Notes under the pieces: model-generated
Databases searched by the model: none
What the model was told of the DNA's origin: nothing
What the model saw: the letters and a program-made list of their open reading frames with translations, nothing else
NCBI GenBank assembly: GCA_028534125.1
Contig: CM052816.1
Coordinates: forward strand, 84,694,001 to 84,758,000
DNA length: 64,000 nt
Reading direction: 5' to 3'
DNA from: Lama glama
Taxonomy: Eukaryota
Program-made: the position numbers and the translations under genes
In this document: in pieces, positions 1-12,200 of the stretch
How the letters are laid out: each line of letters opens with the position of its first letter
How positions within the stretch are numbered: position 1 is the stretch's first letter

Positions 1-377
1 AATCCATTCACTTTAAAATAGAACAATTATCCCAGATTGTCTAGGTGAACATGATGTGTTTTGCTTCACGGCAAATTATAATCAGAGACTGAGATTGTCT
101 TTGCTAATATTTTATTTAACACAGATTCACTGTGGGAATTATAATAATTTCACAAGCCAATAGCATACTGGATAATGTCTCTTAATAAATCAATAAACAA
201 ATAAGATACTCCATACCAATGATAGATTAATTACACTATTGTTCCAGGCACTGGGATTTGAAAAGAATAAAGTTCAAATTTATTTGAGGTGTACCTTTTA
301 GATTAGCTCTCAGGAGAGACAGCTCAAAAACCACCAACTGTCTTCCTGCTGCCTGCCAGAGAAAAGGAAAGTTCCTT

Positions 378-403
378 GTTGCTAGAGCGCGTTGCTAGGA
401 GAT
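378..403. promoter_or_regulatory. Tandem RFX X-box-like motifs (candidate promoter)
   Basis: GTTGCTAG occurs at 378-385 and GTTGCTAGGAGAT at 391-403. The reverse complement ATCTCC-T-AGCAAC resembles GTNRCC-N0-3-RGYAAC with a perfect 3' half. CpGs are retained between them. Confidence 0.35.
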
Positions 404-704
404 GAAGATGCTGGTGCTGAAGGCGAGATGCATGACTTCCAGGGGCACTGCATGACTTTTGTCACTGCTGGGAAGACTTGCCTTTACAACGGCTGAAGCT
501 AAGTCCCCAGGGTGTTCAAAAGTGCTATTTAGATCAGCAAAGGGTAGCCTTGTCCAGACCAAACAGTGACAGTCCTCACAAACTGAGTATTTATAGTCTG
601 AGTGTCACTTGGCCATAGTTTCTTCATCAAATGTGCTTATTGATAAGCCCCCAACAGTGCCCCTTAGCAGCTGACCTACTGAACACTTATTGGCAACCAG
701 AGAC

Positions 705-868
705 ATGGATGACAACATCCTGGCACAAAATTGCACTTTTATATCGGAGCAGCTTCACTCTTATATCAAAACAACTTCACTCTTAAAAAACAACTTCATT
801 TTTTTGTCACCAGCAAGTGGGTTTGAAATCTTATCAAACTATTACACAACACAAGGCAAGTACCTGAG
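705..868 (+). CDS. Candidate coding exon 1 of a hypothetical small protein (MDDNILAQNC...YYTTQGKYL)
   Basis: ATG in strong Kozak context (gacATGG), open frame to donor GAG|GTATTA (phase 2). Alternative GC donor AAG|GCAAGT at 855/856 (phase 1). No homolog recognised. Confidence 0.25.
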
Positions 869-871
869 GTA

Positions 872-1321
872 TTAAAAACAGAGAACTTTTTCTGGCTGGT
901 GACAGAAGAGGAAGTCAAAGAGTTTCCAAATTTAAGAGGAATTTCACCTGCCATTGCTGGAGGACAGACCCACGGAAAGTGAGAGAAGGAACAAGGTCAG
1001 TATCTAGGAGCCAAGACTGGCCCCTGGACTGAAAACCAGGAAGACACATTTTTATACTCAGGAGGAACTAAATTTGGCCAACAATCTGAATGAGCTTGGA
1101 AGCAGATTCTTCCCCAGAGATCTGGCAAGGAAAACAAAAAACAAAACCAAAACGCTGCTGACACTTTGATTTTAGCTTTGTGAGATTCTAAGCAGAGAAC
1201 CAGTTGAGGTTACCAGGCATCTGACCTACAGAAGCTGCTGTGAAATGACAAATTTGTTTTGTCTTAAAACAAAGTGCTAAGTATACAGTAATTTGTCAAG
1301 GCAGCAATGAAAACTAATACA
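872..1321 (+). mobile_element. MaLR LTR fragment, MLT1D/E-like
   Basis: Characteristic MLT1 motifs (ctgaatgagcttggaagcagattcttcccc; gacactttgattttagc) and 3' end gcagcaatgaaaactaataca. Confidence 0.8.
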
Positions 1322-1339
1322 GCATCTTCTCTCATTCCT

Positions 1340-1640
1340 TGCATGGTTATCACTTTATCTGCCTGTCAAAATACTGTTCATTTTTTAAAGGTCCAACTCA
1401 CGTATCAAATACTTGATCTTTCCAAACTGATGAATCATTACTTCTACATTACCAGTCCTGTGCATTTGTATAACAAGTACGTACATACTTGTATTTCTCA
1501 CTAAATTCTGTTGTTAGAGATGGTTCTGTAATCTCCTGTCTTTTTCATGCATCTGTCCCCTTTGGTACCTAGTACAGTATGTGATACATCATAGACTTTC
1601 CAAATATATAAAATATTGACTTGAAATAAATGCATGTATT
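1340..1640 (+). mobile_element. L2 LINE 3' fragment
   Basis: Degenerate L2 3' end (cctagtacagtatgtgatacatcatag...aaatattgacttgaaataaatg). Confidence 0.5.
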
Positions 1641-1689
1641 TATCCATTCCATACTTTCTTTTCTTCTAGATTTTCTAAATGTCTTCTAT

Positions 1690-2100
1690 TTCATCCACTA
1701 ATCTTTACTGAGGGCTTATTCTGTATCAGACTATACTTTCAGTGGGGGAAGCCCATGAACAGTACAGGCATGTTCTTTGCCCTGGTTACAATTCTAGTAA
1801 GTTCCTGTTGAGAAGATCTAATTACCAAAAAAATGGAAGTGTTCATTTCAGACAGTGACGGTCAATCTGATGGTCGTATGGTGTGATTAAAAATGAAAGG
1901 AGACTGAGATTGAAAGTAGGACAGGCTTTTCTAAGTATACGACCTAGAAGTTGAGATCAGAAAGATTTTAAGGATCCAACATGTGGAAGTCTGAGCAGGG
2001 AGTGCTCCCAGCTCAGGGAATAATAATTGTAAAATGCTGTTGAGAATAAGCTTGAAATGCTTGAAGAAGAGAAAAACTTCCTCAGTAGTAAGCAAGACTG
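1690..2100 (-). mobile_element. L2 LINE 3' fragment
   Basis: Reverse L2 signature (tttactgagggcttattctgtatcagac...atgttctttgccctgg...attctagt). Confidence 0.55.
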
Positions 2101-2149
2101 TACCGGAGAGACGGTATTTCAACTTTCTCAATAGACTTTAAAGGGTATA

Positions 2150-2780
2150 AAGTAGGTGGGGGGAAGAGAGAAACGGTGAGGGAGATTAAGAGATACAAAC
2201 TTTCAGTTGCAAAATGAATGTCATGGCGTAAAATGTACAGTGTGGGGAATACGGCCAATAACTATGTAATGTGTTTGTATGTGACAGATGGTAACTCAAC
2301 TTACCACGGTGATCATTTTGAAATGTATAGAAATATCACTGTGTTGTGTTCCAGGAACTAACTTAGTGTTGTAGGTCCATTGTACTTCAAAAACAAACAA
2401 ACAAACTCAGGAAAAGGGGATCAGAGTTGTGGATACCAGAGGGGGCGGGGTGAGGAGGGGGGGGCAGTTTTGGATGAAGGCAGTCAAAAGGTACAAACTT
2501 CCAGTTTTAAGATAAATAAGTACTAGGGATTTAATATATAATATGATAAATATAATTAACACTGCTGTGTATTTAAAAGTTAAGAGTAAATTCTGAGTTC
2601 TCATTACAAGGAAAATAATTGTTTTCTATTTCTTTAATTTTGTATCTATATGAGAAGATGGATATTCACTAAACTTATTGTGATAATCATTTCATGATGT
2701 ATGTGAGTCAAATTATGCTGTACACCTTAACTTATGCAGTATTTTATATCAATAATATCTCAACAAAAAGATAAAAAAAG
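2150..2780 (+). mobile_element. L1 3'UTR fragment
   Basis: G-rich tracts, ggtacaaacttccagttttaagataaataagtactaggg, atgctgtacacctt and an A-rich end. Confidence 0.8.
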
Positions 2781-4044
2781 GGAGTAATTGTCTCTGATAT
2801 ATCTCCGTGCCAACACAAACTAATAGAGATTGTGATCTAAATTATTTGAACTAATCTACTTAGATTCTCCAGAGAACCAATATAAAAAAGCTAAAACAGC
2901 ATATTATATGTTTGATAATATCATGCCCCCATCAGAGTTTTCTGATATGAACACAGAGCTCATATGATTTTGTTTTTACCCATAAATTTTCTGCTGCATT
3001 TTTTTCAGTTACAGAAAAAAAAAGCTCAGTAAATTCTAATGAATACATTATTGCCAGAATTCCCTTACAATCATAATCTTTAAAAAAAAAATTCTGTACA
3101 TATAATTGTAAAAAAGTATTTGAATGTGTTACACTAGGACAACTAAACTGAAATATTCTAGAATGTGACACATCTGTTTTGCACTAATTATGGGCTGCAA
3201 TTTCCTCAAATACAAATCATGGGAGCTGAAGGAACTCCTCTCAGATTTTATTCCAGTTCTATGAAAACGTGTGCTTCCTTAACAATATTTTGGCATGTTT
3301 TAACTATATACGTGATAACATAGAGATATTGCATTCTTCTAGGAATCTTTATTAAAAAGGGTTAGGCTGAAGTGTTTAAAAGGCAATTGAGAATCACAGA
3401 TTTCATCCATTCATCCACAATGAGAATTTTAACCTTTTTGACTTATCTGAGTATTCAAAGCTAAAGGTCTATGAATATATGACAAAATAGATGGTTTGAG
3501 ACGCTAACCTTTAGCCCATGTCTGACTATTCAAAATTACAATAGTTCTATCAAAAATTATCATATTAATTTCGTGGTCTAGAGGAGCCAAACATGAGAAA
3601 TTATGGTAGTAACTGCCCCTTTAGGATGTCTATGTCTTTCCTTATCCATGTTTGTCTTCTTGACAATTTACTCATGTATTCTGCCTTAAAATTTCCTTTT
3701 ACTATAAAACATAAGACTTTCGACTTAGGTGGCAGAAACCTCCAGGCAGCAGGAATACAATGTTTCAGCAACTTTAAGGCCATCATTTCCTACCCTGACT
3801 TGCAGCTGCCACTCTGCTCTCTCCGAGCTAGACCACACAAGTTTTCACAAAATGAGTATTTCTGGAGACTTATTCTCCTTCACCCCTCGGTTCCCTCCCT
3901 TGTTTGAAATTCTTGGACTGGTTTGAAGGGTGAAAATGCCCAGAGTTCAGTCCTTACTGCCTTACATTTGCTGTGGTTCTGTCCCCGTGAAAACCTTTGT
4001 CTGCATCTCAAATTTCACCTGTCGGGTTTCCAGTGGGTTGGTGC

Positions 4045-4066
4045 AGAACAGTCTGTGCACCACGTG
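4045..4066. promoter_or_regulatory. Steroid-receptor (ARE/GRE-type) palindrome with adjacent E-box
   Basis: AGAACA-gtc-TGTGCA at 4045-4059 and CACGTG at 4061-4066, in an apparently non-repetitive, CpG-retaining segment (~3600-4200). Confidence 0.3.
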
Positions 4067-4260
4067 CTGAACACCAAGGCCGCTCTTGGCACGTCTGCTA
4101 CCCGGAGACATTGGCATTTCACCCCTGGCCTGGTCTCACAGCTTCTAACCTGCTCCTCACACACTTTTTGCCTAAGGCATTAAAGAGTGCTTCAAATCAA
4201 TAATTCAATGTATGTGTATATAGTGAGTCCTTAAGCTCAATATTAGGCCATTCATTTTTA

Positions 4261-4405
4261 TATCTTCTCTTTTTTTCTTTCTTTCTCTTTCTTTCTTTGT
4301 TTTTTCTCTCTCTCTCTTCCTTCCTTCCTTTCTCTTTCCTTTTTTCTTTCTTTCCTTCTTCCTCACTCTCTTTCTTCCTTCCTTCTTTCTTCTTTATCCC
4401 CCTCA
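4261..4405. repeat. Polypyrimidine (TTTC/TTCC/TC) low-complexity tract
   Basis: About 140 bp of almost pure C/T. Confidence 0.9.
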
Positions 4406-4929
4406 TTTTTATTAGCAAAACACAAGGCTCTTTTTTTAATTTTTAATTTTAATTTTCCTAGAAAACATCTACTGTTTACTTGTATGTTTCCTCTCAGAAA
4501 AGTTCTTGCCATTTTTTTATTCTCAGTGTTAGAAAAGAGTATTTTGTTTTTTCAATATTGCCATTTAAAGCATTCATAAGTGGATTGAATCTGTTAATGT
4601 ATGACTATTAAACACAAGTTTTCAGCTCCCAGAAAGTATACTGCAAGAAAACTGGCAGTCAAGAGTAGTAAGAGCACTGCTAATATGTGTTAACAAATGT
4701 TTACGATATAGACTCTGGGTTATCCCTTAAGGTTACAACCAGGCCTGAAGCTTAGTTATCCATTTATTGATAACTATATTTTCTGATCCACGAAGTGGAA
4801 TAAATAATTTGGAAAATAATATTTTATGATCATGAATTCATTTTTAAAGGACATTTAAAATTATAGAAATTAAGTCACATGAGTTGTGCAGTTAACCATT
4901 TATTTTTATTGCATAACTAGTAGTGCCTG

Positions 4930-5087
4930 GCTAAGAGCAAGGACCCTGAGACCAGCCCCTGGTGGTGAAATCCTGGCTTTAGGACCTGAAGGTGTATAGT
5001 ATTGTATAGTAAGCTACTCACTGTCTCAATTTCTGTTTCTGATAAATGGAGACAATAATAACAATTATACACACACACACACACACA
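4930..5087 (+). mobile_element. MIR fragment followed by a short (CA)n
   Basis: taagagca...gaaatcctggctt...tctcaatttctgtttctgataaatggagacaataata, then a CA run. Confidence 0.5.
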
Positions 5088-5174
5088 AGATGAATAGGTG
5101 GTAATCAAAAATATATATAACATTTTTCATATTTTATATAATTTTAAAGTATATGTTTACATATATATATAAAA

Positions 5175-5480
5175 CACTGGGCAGATGAGATCAACAGCAG
5201 TTTATTAGACAAATGTATTCCCAGCTTAAGGGAGAAGGACACTGTTCCTTACAGGGCTACTCAGAGGTGCACTTGGGAATCAAGTGAAAAACATGAGCTG
5301 TGGAGGGGAGGATTTATATTAACAAGAGTGCGAGGTGGCCCTGACCCTGCAGGAGGATGTGACTGACTCATCTGAATAATTTGTGGGCTGCCTGGGAAGT
5401 AAAACCTGTTAGGTTCAAGACAAAGTAGAAAGCTGTTTGTCCAACTGACAGGGGAAGTAGCAGGGCGGGGAGCATATGCT
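5175..5480 (-). mobile_element. ERVL LTR fragment, MER76-like
   Basis: actgggcagatgagatcaacagcagtttattag...ggaggatgtgactgactcatctgaataatt resembles the recalled reverse MER76 consensus. Confidence 0.6.
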
Positions 5481-5499
5481 AAGAATTTCAGTGTGCAGG

Positions 5500-6600
5500 G
5501 CACTGCTAGTGATCAATTTAAGTAGCGGAGGAGGGATGGAGAGAAATCAGGCAACAACACAGGTCAAACTATGGTGTGAGCCCAACAAAGTCTTGCCTTA
5601 GAGCATCCAAGCTCCGTGGCACCTACGTAGTCCGTCAGAATTTTCCCAACCTGGCGACGACTGACACTCCACTGCAGTCAGTTTTTGGATACCTGTCACC
5701 CAGGAAGGATGTGCCCTTGGCCAAATCAGCTATTTGCAGCCAAGGCAAAGCCTAAAGGGGTTGAAGAAGTCTGTTGACCACACATAAAACACCTGGGAAA
5801 CAGGTCCTTCTTTGTAGGGTGAACGGGAGGGTGCAACTGTATCCAATACAGTCTACCCTTACAACATTTGGATTTACTTCATATATTTGGGACCAGCTCC
5901 TTCAAGATTCTGCTACCCCAAAAGGTAAAGAACCCAGTTCTTGTCATACCAGAAAGACAAGAGTCTTTCTTGTGTAGCAAAAGGTTTTAAAAGACTTATT
6001 TAAAAAAAGGAAAAATACACTTCCAAGAAGAGGAGGAGGGCATATCCAAGGGAAGAAGAGCAGTGTTTTTTTGTCTCCCCTTTCTCTTATACCCTTGCTT
6101 AGAGGTGGCCTTTTGATTAACTGACGGCTCTTATCCCTGGAAATGCTTAGTCATGTTTGGCCCCTTTGTGCATGTCCTAACCCATGGTGTACACAGAAAA
6201 CTCATGGTGGGTGGGGCAGCTAAACTGTAATGTTAATTATAATACAATGAGCATTGGGTCGTGTCCAGTTAAGTCTTCTCTGCTGCAGGGCCGTTGGGTT
6301 TTAACCAGTCTTTTGCTGGCACTCACTTAGAAGAATAAAAGTCCCTTTACGCTGGAGGTGGGAATAACGTCATCTTCCCGACCTTCTAACCTCTCCTCCA
6401 CCTATCTGCCCTGTGCTCCCTCATCTAGCAACCTAACAATTCTACCAGGCCTCTCTTCCTCGGGAAAACTTAAGAAAAGAGGGTTAGGAGCATGACTGTA
6501 GCACCTAGCTTCTGTGGATGTTTGTAGGGCCTTACTTTGACACTCATCGCCTCCACTACGCTTCATCCTCAGATTTCCTTCACCTTCGGTTTCTACTTCT
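5500..6600 (-). mobile_element. LTR16-like LTR plus adjoining ERVL internal sequence (ERV3-16A3-int-like), split by a younger LTR
   Basis: LTR16-type motifs at 5500-5850. Internal-like sequence rejoins across the 5911-6438 insertion (cagctccttcaagattc|taccaggcctctcttcc). Confidence 0.5.
5911..6438 (-). mobile_element. Solo ERV1-class LTR (528 bp)
   Basis: TG...CA termini; perfect 4-bp TSD ATTC (5907-5910, 6439-6442); TATA-like TATAAG on the minus strand. Confidence 0.85.
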
Positions 6601-6724
6601 GATTGGTGACTTATCTATGAGTGTGACCTAAGCCTTAATTATTGTTGCTATCTTTACATAAAATTAAAATACACACAGACGAGGAAAAAAAAAACATGTT
6701 ATTTAAGATAACTGGTCTACAAGC

Positions 6725-6801
6725 ATCTATATCTATATATATATAGATATATATATATATCTATATATAGATAGATATATATATATAGATATATATATAT
6801 T
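6725..6801. repeat. Interrupted (AT)n microsatellite with ATCT/AGAT units
   Basis: Seen directly; contains perfect palindromes such as ATCTATATATATATAGAT (6731-6748). Confidence 0.95.
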
Positions 6802-8569
6802 TACTAGAATTCAGAATTTTATTCAGACATTAAAGAAAAATGGGGAAAATGGGAAAATAATCTTTAAAGCAAGGAAGGAGGGTAGAAGGAAAGGAGGAAA
6901 GAGAAGTGAAAGACCATCAGACAGCCTATGCTGTTAGAGAAGTCATGCACTGAAGCTTAAGGTATTTAGAGCTGTTGACTTTCTTTCCTAACACCAAGGG
7001 TTCTTGAACGATGCACATAATGTGGAAGCATTATGTCACAAACTCATCAAAACGTTTGGCATGTTTGATACATCTAGTTTGTAAAACAGACTAAACGTGG
7101 AAATGGAACTACAAAGTGACACTTAAGCCCTTTGATCTGGGCCTTAAATTCTCAGGAAAAGTGATTTAGTTTTCTTAAAAGAAGGCTGCTCATTACATAA
7201 GGCCAAGCTGAGAAGGGCTGGTGTACTTTTTTCATCCTTAGTGCTGCATTACAGCATTCCACTGACAGTAAAGTATCTCCTACTGTGACAAGTATTGATC
7301 TTATTTTTCCTTTGAGACTCCTAACAAGCCAAACTGTAGCTTCCTAAAATATTCAGCTGGAGAAGTGGTTTGTCAGAACTATAAGTTGACAAGAAATTTA
7401 CTTTTATTCTTCCCTGAAAAAAATAAAACACAATTAGTATTCTCCATGTATCTGCTGATTACAAAATTGCTTTATCAGCTAAATGACTGGATGACCCCAG
7501 AACTGAAGTCAAGACTCTTTCATTTTACTTAAGTATACATATGCTTTTGTCTAGTGAGATGAATAATCAATGTTTTCATACATGATAAAATAAAACTGAG
7601 GGATATGAGCAAAATTGAGAAAATTACATAGCTATAAATCTATCATGAAATTATATTTTAGTGCACAGCTTTTAAGTTATTTTTACACACAAATGTATAT
7701 GAAATTAAATACTCTGTCTAAATAATAAGAAAGCAATAATGCATATTTAAATATGTCTCTTTATTTCTTACTCATGCCATGGTTTTATGAAAATCATAAA
7801 TGAATATAGTGATTGAAAGATGAGAAGCTAGACCATATTGTTGATGAGATTTAATTAGAATATTAATAGAAGTTTATGGATAATGATATAATAATTTTTA
7901 AAAATGAAATCATTAATATTTGGTCTATTATTGGTCTACAAATAAGAATAGAAATGTCTGGAACACTAGGTATTACTGCATTACATTACAAGGAAATAAA
8001 TGTATTACACGTTTAAAGAAAATTGCAGATTTTACAATAAAAATTCATTCTTAAATGACACATTTCAACTTTCCTCAAACTTTATAATAATACAGTACAT
8101 TTTCATGTTCAAATTTGGGAACATACTAATATTAATCCTAATCTCTTAAAATGGCTACATATGTAACTAAATCTATTCAACTGGCATTTGGAAATAAGTT
8201 ACTTAGTAGTTAATGGAACCAAATATAGAAATGAAGTAACAGCATATGGATTATTTAATCCTCTTTTTTACTCAGGCTTTAGGAGGCCGCATTATAAATC
8301 ATACTACATAGTAAGAAAATAGTCCACTTTTGAAAAATAACTCAGGAAAATAAAGAAAAAAGAAGATACAATAATCATAAGTAATCACAACCAAAGTCTG
8401 AAATATGTGATGTGTCACTCAAAGATTTTATTTGTTTTAAATCTATTCTGTTCTGACCCTTACATGAAAATAATTTTCTGCCATATAGTCACAGAACACA
8501 AGCTGTAAATTATCAATTTCTCTTTTATTGGAAATCATATATTGCATAATAACTTTCCATCCTTTGAAG

Positions 8570-8661
8570 AAAACTTCCTATTATATGTTATACATACTGT
8601 AGAGACACAGTAACATCACATACTGATTTGCCTTCATCCGTAGAAGAAGGTCTCAGCACTG
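8570..8661 (+). CDS. Candidate coding exon 2 (KLPIICYTYCRDTVTSHTDLPSSVEEGLST)
   Basis: Acceptor ctttccatcctttgaag| and strong donor CTG|GTAAGA. Only one frame is open (phase 2 in, phase 1 out), with an in-frame TGA just upstream of the acceptor. Confidence 0.3.
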
Positions 8662-10357
8662 GTAAGAGTACATTCATTTAGTTGAGCACTGAAAATGCCC
8701 CAAATATTTATGCATTAGAATAAACAAAATTTTTCCTTTTAATATATGGGCTTATAATTCCAACTCTGACCCCAAAAGAATGGAATAAAATTGTATATAA
8801 AGAAATAAAAAAAGAAAGAATAAAGAAAATGAGAAAATGAAAGTTTTCCTCTCTGGAGAAGCTTCTTTGTCAAAACCTAAACAGATGCTTGATACAAGAA
8901 ATACTGTCTGCCGGTATGACTGGGATTCATTCACAGTGTCTCTTGTGAATTTTTGTTTGTTTTGGCAAATAAGTGTCAAAAATCAAACCAGATACTAAAT
9001 ACCCCTTAAATTGACTATAAAAATTTCATACATCTAAAGTCCCACAGAAGGAGGACAAAAAAAATCACGCAGCCTGTTCATGGATAAAGCTGTAGCCCAT
9101 GTTTCAGAGAAGATGAGAAAACTTCCACAGTTTCGTACTACTATGAGTTTCCTGAAATTATCAGACACAAATTTAACACAACGTCTCATCTGCGTAGTCA
9201 CATATAATGCATTAGACATCTTGTTTATTACATATGGGAAAGCTGGATACAATATTTTCAACTGCTGTATGGCTAACTTTCTAGTAATTCCTCATGGGTG
9301 TTCACATTTCTTATTTGATGGGATTTCTAAATACGATTTCTGGCTCTTGGTGCATTTACCATTTAATATAACTTTTTCTGTAAGGTTTGCAAAATTTCAA
9401 AATTTTCTAGATTGAAAAACAAAAGTATTATTATTTATTTAAGGAAGAGAATACTTTATGACAAGTTTTTGTAACACTTTTTTCCATTTTATTTAGTATC
9501 TATGCTGAGGGTTATTTGATTTATGCAATCTGTGTTCCGTAATCTATGTACGCTAGAAAATACCTAATGCCATTTGGAAATAAAAGTAGGTAATGAATGA
9601 AATATTACATTATGAGTTTATGTATGTCTTTAAAGCCCCTCTATAAAATAAACAATTACATTAGTTTATGCCATTATATTTGTGTGATTCTATAATATGG
9701 AGGCCATAACTTATTTTTGTCTTTCTAAAGTTCACTTCAGTTTCATGTATAGAGATAAATTGAATGTATTATTCTAATTAAAAAAATAAGATATATTTCC
9801 TAATATTTTATTATCAATGGTTTAATTCAAACTAAGAACTTCTAAACTTAGTTACTAGTTACAGACGATACTTTTTAACATGTTACTCTTATCAAAGTCA
9901 TTTCTTAAAAACAATAGCCATAGCACAAATATTGAATGCCTCCAAAAGTTTTATTTCAAAGTTTGAAAGTTTCCCAAAGCAGAGTTATACTGCCCTAATC
10001 TCATTTTATTTTAAAATCTGAAAAATGATGCAGATAATGGATTAAAATCATAGTTCGATACATTTCTAATCATGTGGCATTCATCATTCTATCACTTTAC
10101 TTTTAATGTAAAAAATAAAATTACCCTTAATCATTATTTTAGGTTATATCTAATAACTAACTTTTTATTGAATTAAATAATTTCAGAAATATACATTCTG
10201 ATACAGAGCAGAATGATCAAAGACAGCATCATGTAGATATTCATCTCCTTTGGCTTATGTAGCTAAATTAACTGCCTTCCACTCACACCTAGTCCCAAAC
10301 ATTTCTAACATTTTCTAACCTACTCTCAAACATTTCTACTTGTTTATCTTCCTTCAG

Positions 10358-10425
10358 ACTACTCTCCTGACGATGATTCATTTCCTGGAGGTGTTTGCAA
10401 AGAAATCTCTAAGAAATTCCTCTGA
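10358..10425 (+). CDS. Candidate coding exon 3 (DYSPDDDSFPGGVCKEISKKFL*); exon may extend to a donor at 10460
   Basis: Repeated CTAAC branch-like motifs and acceptor cttgtttatcttccttcag|. Phase-1 entry reads to TGA 10423-10425. Donor CTG|GTAATA at 10460/10461. Confidence 0.3.
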
Positions 10426-11152
10426 AAATAGGTTTAATAACCCCCATTTACAGTAACCTGGTAATATCAGTCTATTTTTAGATATTATTTTTAAAGGACA
10501 TCATTTGACCTGTTATATGTGGGTTCATGTGAAACATAAAAAATGTATTGAAACATTTTAGTGTTAACTTAATGGAGTAATTATCAACATATGAAAGCTG
10601 ACTATTGACAAAAAACCCTGTACCAAGTCTTGTAACTGAATTGAATTATTTCTGTAGTTTAATAGCTATTATTAAGCTATTACTTTTATCTATATTTTTA
10701 ATTAAATTATAGATAAAAAACATAGAAAAAACTCATTCTCATTACAACTGTTGTAACTGAAGTTTTATGACAGCCAAGTATTCAGCAAATGCAATATGCT
10801 CATACTCATCAAAGTACGGCTTGGTTAATATTAATGATTGTACTAACTGTTTTTAGAAATTACTACAACTAGACAATGGGCTAAATATTTTACCTGAAGT
10901 ATCTTATTTATTTCTTATCACAATCCTATGAAGAGTAAGATGAATGTCCTTTACTGGAGCAAGAATGTCATATTTTAATGTCAATATTTGCAAAGTTTTA
11001 GGCAGTTATTGTTTCATAGTGTATCATAAGTGACTTTTGTAAATACATATAAAATATTACAGCCACTTATTTTTAAAATAAATTCAGTTATACACTTATA
11101 TGTGTGTTTTATGATATTTCTAAGATTCCTAACTTTGAAGTATATGATTTTC

Positions 11153-11326
11153 GATAAACAACAAGGACCTACTGCACAGCACAGGGAACGACTTTCAATA
11201 TCTTGTAATAACCTACAATGAAAAAGAATACGAAAAAGAATATATATATGTATAACTGAATCACTATGCTGTACACCAGGAACTAACACAACATTGTAAA
11301 TCAACATACTTCAATTTAAAAAAAAG
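11153..11326 (+). mobile_element. 5'-truncated L1 3' end
   Basis: gataaacaacaaggacctactgcacagcacagggaac...gctgtacaccaggaactaacacaacattgtaaatcaac...A tail. Confidence 0.85.
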
Positions 11327-11989
11327 ATTAAATGAAACTTAGAAATAAGGGACAGTCCAAGGTAGCTAGACAAAAATTCAAATATTCTCTTGATATACCC
11401 AGTTCTTTTCATTTCCATCTACAACTGGAGTTAAGATGAACATTAAAAAACAAACTAAAGAGAGGAGAGAAAGAGGTGGGGGGATTTGGTCTATTAATGA
11501 GTAAGTGACCCTAAATAAAAACAGGGACAAAAGAAATGCGAAGAGTAACTCTGCATTTTAATAACTCTTTCCATTTAGTACAGAATACATTGTGAAAACA
11601 TTTCCTTTGTGGGCAACATTACCCAAGAGAAATCTGGATGTTTCAATTTACTACATGCCAAATTTGTCAAATTCATTTAATATCTTTCACAAACAATATT
11701 GCACAAGATTGCAAGCCAATTTTACTTTATTTTTGTTAACTTCTGTAGGAATCTTAAAAGACATTTAAAATGTGTTTATGTGTAAGTTGTGGCAAATAAT
11801 CACTGAAGATCAGCTGAATTAATATTCATTTATTAGAAAGCTGTCACTGTTACACATGGAAAATGACCAAAATAAGTATGTATGTAGAAGTGGATCTCTA
11901 AATGGCTTACATCTACTTTTCTTAAAAAAGTGGATAGAACTGACAAACCATGGGTCAAAACATATCTGATGAATGACATATATAGATTA

Positions 11990-12200
11990 GTGGTTGAGCA
12001 ACAAATTCTCCCATCTAGATTGAAATCTGGCTTCCTCAATTGCTAGCTCAGTAAACTTGGGCAAGTTACTAAACTTCTCTATGTCTGACTTTCTTCACCT
12101 GTACAATGCAGATGATAATAGGTTTGTGCTGAGAATTAAACATGATAATACATGGAACGTGTTTAGAACACAACCTGGCGTAAAATAAATGTTTGTTATT
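11990..12200 (+). mobile_element. MIR SINE
   Basis: Core aacttgggcaagttactaaacttctctatgtctgactttcttcacctgtacaatg. Confidence 0.8.

Noticed and set aside
4197..4418. K/E/R-rich 73-aa ORF
   Set aside because: It is the antisense translation of the TC-rich simple repeat.
9034..9415. Overlapping ORFs of 111 aa (+) and 75 aa (-)
   Set aside because: No recognisable domain or convincing splice sites; compatible with chance.
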